64,000 nucleotides of DNA from Candidatus Latescibacterota bacterium (lineage in GTDB: Bacteria > Latescibacterota > UBA2968 > GCA-2709665), in NCBI GenBank assembly GCA_965116875.1, contig OZ220733.1, positions 2,464,001-2,528,000 of the forward strand, read 5' to 3'. Position numbers and translations under genes: made by a program. Each line of letters opens with the position of its first letter. Position 1 is the first letter of the stretch. Below the pieces are notes generated by a model. That model did not search any database and was not told the origin of the DNA. It worked only from the letters and a program-made list of their open reading frames with translations. This document shows positions 60,281 through 64,000 of this stretch, one piece after another.

Positions 60281-61258
60281 CTAGTCTGACCTGCCGTCGG
60301 TTTTAGTCCGGTATTTTCTCGGGCGGGCGGCGATCTCGGCCGCTTCCTTTGCCAAGGCTGCGCTTTTCGACGCGAGCAGATGGGACACACTTGCGGCCGC
60401 GACGTTACTCATGGCCTCTTCCGTGGCTTTGACAGTCAGGCGGGCGGCGGTTTCGGCCCGTATGGAATTGCCCTCCCTGGCAGCGCTCTGCGCCCGTTCC
60501 GCCTCAAGACGTGCGGCATCCGCGGCTTTGCGGGCCTTGCGGGCGCATTCGGAGGCGCCCGTGCTGGCAGTTGCCGCCGAGAGCGCAGACTCAAGAGCAG
60601 AATGCGCCAGTGCTGATATTTCTTCGCCCGTCTCGCTGGCGAAATCCGTAGCGGCTTTGTATTTCTTGTACGCGGCGGTCGCGCGGTCGGCCAGGTATTG
60701 CCCCCATGCGGCGGCGTTGTATGTGCGCCCGTCGGCATGGTATTTCTTGAACTCGGCGTTGTACTTATCGACGTCGATGCGATATTTCGTAATAGCAACG
60801 TCTCTCTTGGCATAGTATTCCTCCGAGGAGGCGGCGCTGGCGGCGCGAAATTCCTCCAGTGCGGCACCACCAGGGTCGCTGGCGGCCCAGTACTTTGCCC
60901 TGGCGTGGGCGTATTTTTTGGCCCGGTATTCCGACGCGGCGTCTGTTTCGGCATTGTATTTCGCCCAGGCTGAGGACTTCTTGTATTCTGCCCGTGCATC
61001 CTCTACAAAATCAAAGCCGTCGTCCAACGCCCTCATATAGGCACGGGCCGCCTCTTCAGCGGCGGACGAATGCCTACTGGCGTCCTCGGCGTAGGGCACT
61101 GCGTCCTCCGCCAAGTCCTGCGCCGCCAGTGCGGCGCTGTCCGCCCTGGCAGCATATCGGGTGGCCACTTCCGCCGCGGCATTGGCGGCTTTCTGCGCTT
61201 CACTCTGGCAGGATAGGACCAACGCCGCGGCAGGTAATGCCAATGCGATCCGTTTCAT
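60281..61258 (-). CDS. Alanine-rich all-alpha lipoprotein with Tyr/Lys-periodic central repeats
   Basis: MKRIALALPAAALVLSC lipobox; Ala-rich coiled-coil-like ends; central AEYKK/AKYNA/AKYWA/TKYRI/DKYNA/KKYHA/KKYKA units. Confidence 0.65.
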   Translation of the reverse strand: MKRIALALPAAALVLSCQSEAQKAANAAAEVATRYAARADSAALAAQDLAEDAVPYAEDASRHSSAAEEAARAYMRALDDGFDFVEDARAEYKKSSAWAKYNAETDAASEYRAKKYAHARAKYWAASDPGGAALEEFRAASAASSEEYYAKRDVAITKYRIDVDKYNAEFKKYHADGRTYNAAAWGQYLADRATAAYKKYKAATDFASETGEEISALAHSALESALSAATASTGASECARKARKAADAARLEAERAQSAAREGNSIRAETAARLTVKATEEAMSNVAAASVSHLLASKSAALAKEAAEIAARPRKYRTKTDGRSD

Positions 61259-61481
61259 TTTCCCTCGCTTTCTCCAGTCCATACTTTCTCCGTTGATTTC
61301 TTCTGGTCGTGCAATCGAATGGAGCTCGTTTAGACCATATCCCATAATCGCGAAACGTATTTCTCAAATTGCATATTGCCGCCATCCGCGAGTTATATTT
61401 TTTGCAAGTGGATAAATCATCCCCATTTTCACGCCCCAAAAATTCATCTGTGGAACAGCCTGAATCCGCCGCTTAGCACGC

Positions 61482-62546
61482 CTACTCTGACTTGTCATAT
61501 TCCTCGGCTTCGGTCTTACCCTGCGTTTGGGCTGGCTCGACTTCTGGAAGCCGGCATTCTCTCCAAGGCCGCTGAATGTATTCGCAATACTGTCGTGCGC
61601 TAAAGGAAACGCAGTCTGGCCATGCGCACTTGGTTTTTCCTTTTTCAGTCGTCTTGAACGGGATACACATCAGGTCCCCGTCGACGTCTCCGAACATCTT
61701 GATCAGATAGAACTCCTGAGGATGATGGTAGAGGTACACTTTGTGGCATTTTAGTAGGTTCTCTACCTGCGATATCCAGCCAGGAAATGCATCTATGAAG
61801 AAGCGGTAGTCGGTCTCGTTACCCAAAGGGTTCTCTGCATGAAGAATGTTGCCCAGCCGTCCGTATATCTTGATCAGTTTGTTTTCGCTGAGGTAACTGC
61901 CCTTCAGTTCTGCTGGTTCCTCACTTGCTGCGCTTTCCTGTAAGGCTACGGGCTTCGGGTAAAAATCTGGATGGAGGCGATTCAATTCCTTGAGCTTTTT
62001 GTTTATGTCTTGGGAGCTCCGCAACTCCTTTTTCGACTTCTTCCAGGCATCCTTGTTGGACACCAAGGAACTGAACACGATGAGCTCCAGAATCATCCTG
62101 AGTTGGAGGCAGATCGACTCGACACGGGTTTGAATCCTGATTTCGGATATTTCCAACAATTGTTTGATCGATTCGACTCTGGACTTGACCTCTTCCATAA
62201 GATCGCAGTACTGAGCGATATCCAGTCCTTCTGCCTGCTTGATCGTCCATTCGCAATTAAGGCAAACTATGTTCCAGCCCCATTCGACAGGGCTATCCCC
62301 CTCAAGTTGCAGCGCGTCTTCTCCACACGCCGGACAGATTGAGTATTGGTGACCATCCACCCCCTTTACCGATCTATCTCCGTATAAATCCGGGCTCATC
62401 ATTGCATTACCGAACTTGGGAATCTCTCCGCAATCGGGGCAGGGCTCGGTAGGTTGGATCCCGTACAACATGAATGCCAGAGCTTCCTCCCGATGGCCGT
62501 GCGGGCATTTTCCCAGATTTCCCGATTCCTTCTGATCGGCAGACAT
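61482..62546 (-). CDS. Hypothetical protein with N-terminal Zn-ribbon motifs and a helical HEPN-like core
   Basis: CPHGH, CPDC, CPAC and CLNC; ESICLQLRMILELI helix; YGRLGNILHAENP (Rx5H); Cys-rich tail. Confidence 0.6.
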   Translation of the reverse strand: MSADQKESGNLGKCPHGHREEALAFMLYGIQPTEPCPDCGEIPKFGNAMMSPDLYGDRSVKGVDGHQYSICPACGEDALQLEGDSPVEWGWNIVCLNCEWTIKQAEGLDIAQYCDLMEEVKSRVESIKQLLEISEIRIQTRVESICLQLRMILELIVFSSLVSNKDAWKKSKKELRSSQDINKKLKELNRLHPDFYPKPVALQESAASEEPAELKGSYLSENKLIKIYGRLGNILHAENPLGNETDYRFFIDAFPGWISQVENLLKCHKVYLYHHPQEFYLIKMFGDVDGDLMCIPFKTTEKGKTKCAWPDCVSFSARQYCEYIQRPWRECRLPEVEPAQTQGKTEAEEYDKSE

Positions 62547-63312
62547 AATCGAGACTTTCTCGCAAATTCAAAGCCCCATGCACAGTTCGATGTTTTCGAT
62601 GCTCCTGCTGGTAAGTCGAAGACTCTCGCTGGCACGTACGAACTGATGCTTCTCGTCCTCTACTGTTACAACTTCCCCGGCTTTAGGTCTTCCGTAATGC
62701 GATTCGCTATCGACTAACAGACACTTCCGTAGATGTCGGCGTCGCCGGTCTTGAGAAGCTCTTCAAGGGGCTGGATTTGTGACGCATTTCGCCTGGGCCG
62801 GTGTGATTCGTCTTTGGCCAATTCATACCCACGGATTGCGTATTTATCTGTCTCTCAGATTCAGCGTCCGTCGTTCTATGTAGCCGGACGTAAACACCTG
62901 AGTTTACTGTACCAATCCTGCCATTCCGAGTGCGTTCTGGACTCACGAATGCCATCTACTGACTATAATCTACCAAGATTGGCATTGACAATAGCGACCG
63001 CATTAAAGCTCGTCTTACATGATAGCCATCTCCCTCGCGCTCGCTCATTCAGTCTTGCGTCGGCCTTGTCGATCGTGTACGACTAGGTGTTGAATTCCGT
63101 CCCGTACAGAAGCGTGGCTACCGTCTTGCGGTGAACCGATGCAAGCAGGTAGCCACGTCTCCGTTTCAACGGTAAACATTCCTGCGTGTAGCTTATCGTA
63201 CAACAAAACATCAAGATCAGCAGTCTCAACTTAACAGGCCGAGCGGCCGTTCTGTGGACAAGCCTACGCCCAAATGAAGCCGACTATCGGCGGAAGCGAC
63301 TGACCAGAAGGG

Positions 63313-63957
63313 CTACGTTGGTGCAGTAGTGATCGGGCTGATCTTCATTGGTGTTGAGGTCGCGGATCGCGGTTCGAAATACAGATCACCTTCACGACGT
63401 CCTCGCTGGTGACGTACTAGGTAGCCCTCTCGATGGAGATTCACCAACCTATTTGTCGCCGCGGACGGCCTAATCCCCTCCTTCATTGCTAGCTGGGACG
63501 CGGTCACACGCCCGCCCAGTACATTTATGGTATCTAATGTGCCTTTTTCTGTTTCCGTCAATGCACCGACGGGGTTTCCTTCCCTTAAGTCGAACGGTGA
63601 GTGCGAAAGATAGAGCGGCAATTGGTGTGTATGCGCCATGTACCGAATGAAATCGCCTACGCCCGGGTCGGTGGTCGTGATGACAAGCCGGACAATTCCA
63701 TGCTCGCCGCCGCGGATTCGCTGGGCGAGCGGCAGGATCAATTCCTGCAAAGCCGCAGGGGTGTACGCAAATCCCGCCAGATCCAATACAAGTACCTGAG
63801 GATTCTCTGTAAGGTTCAGCATTGTGGCCAAATGATCACGCGCAGTTGCCGCATCTTCTTTTTTGTTAAGAAACCGAGTTGCGTTAAGTCGCGATTCAGA
63901 AGATTCGCGAAATAATCCTGATAGAAACACGATGCCTGCAGTAGGAAACTCGTTCAT
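63313..63957 (-). CDS. STAS-like (DUF4325-like) domain fused to a winged HTH
   Basis: VLVLDLAGFAYTPAALQELI resembles STAS. VTASQLAMKEGIRPSAATNRLVNLHREGYLVR is a MarR-like wHTH. Confidence 0.7.
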   Translation of the reverse strand: MNEFPTAGIVFLSGLFRESSESRLNATRFLNKKEDAATARDHLATMLNLTENPQVLVLDLAGFAYTPAALQELILPLAQRIRGGEHGIVRLVITTTDPGVGDFIRYMAHTHQLPLYLSHSPFDLREGNPVGALTETEKGTLDTINVLGGRVTASQLAMKEGIRPSAATNRLVNLHREGYLVRHQRGRREGDLYFEPRSATSTPMKISPITTAPT

Positions 63958-64000
63958 TTGACCGATCCCCCGATGTGGTACTGGTTGCCGTTTAAGTCCC
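63954..64000 (-). CDS. 3' end of an upstream gene (partial)
   Basis: Open frame ...DLNGNQYHIGGSVK* whose TGA overlaps the ATG at 63957 (ATGA). Only about 15 codons are visible. Confidence 0.35.
   Translation of the reverse strand, partial: DLNGNQYHIGGSVK

Noticed and set aside
62560-63090. Short ORFs 62707-62955 and 62733-63086
   Set aside because: No RBS or motif support; possibly decayed coding sequence, but not assignable.

Overview
GC-rich bacterial chromosomal window. The DUF6785-type membrane protein, heparinase II/III-like and transglutaminase-like proteins, and an EF-hand/dockerin-like domain on a TolB-repeat protein suggest a Latescibacterota-like, possibly sponge-associated, genome; this is an inference. 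Bases 1-31.8 kb are mostly catabolic and transport genes plus monomeric icd. Bases 32-38 kb are a visibly lower-GC block with an OmpR/histidine-kinase pair, a TonB receptor and a DUF4249 lipoprotein; both promoters carry a GTTAC-N5-GTTAC box. Bases 40-48.7 kb are a mosaic accessory region. Bases 48.8-59.3 kb hold aromatic-catabolism and stress genes (bcp, katG). Bases 59.5-64 kb hold a decayed IS1595 and lower-GC defence-like genes. The most notable signal is a gene the ORF track splits in two (45835-46572, minus strand). It has an in-frame UGA followed by a SECIS-like hairpin and reads as one UGSC-family selenoprotein with an atypical U-C-G-A-S-S-C motif and an apparent Obg C-terminal (OCT/DUF1967)-like domain inserted in the middle. 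No rRNA, tRNA or CRISPR array was seen. All family calls are from motif recognition by eye, not database searches.
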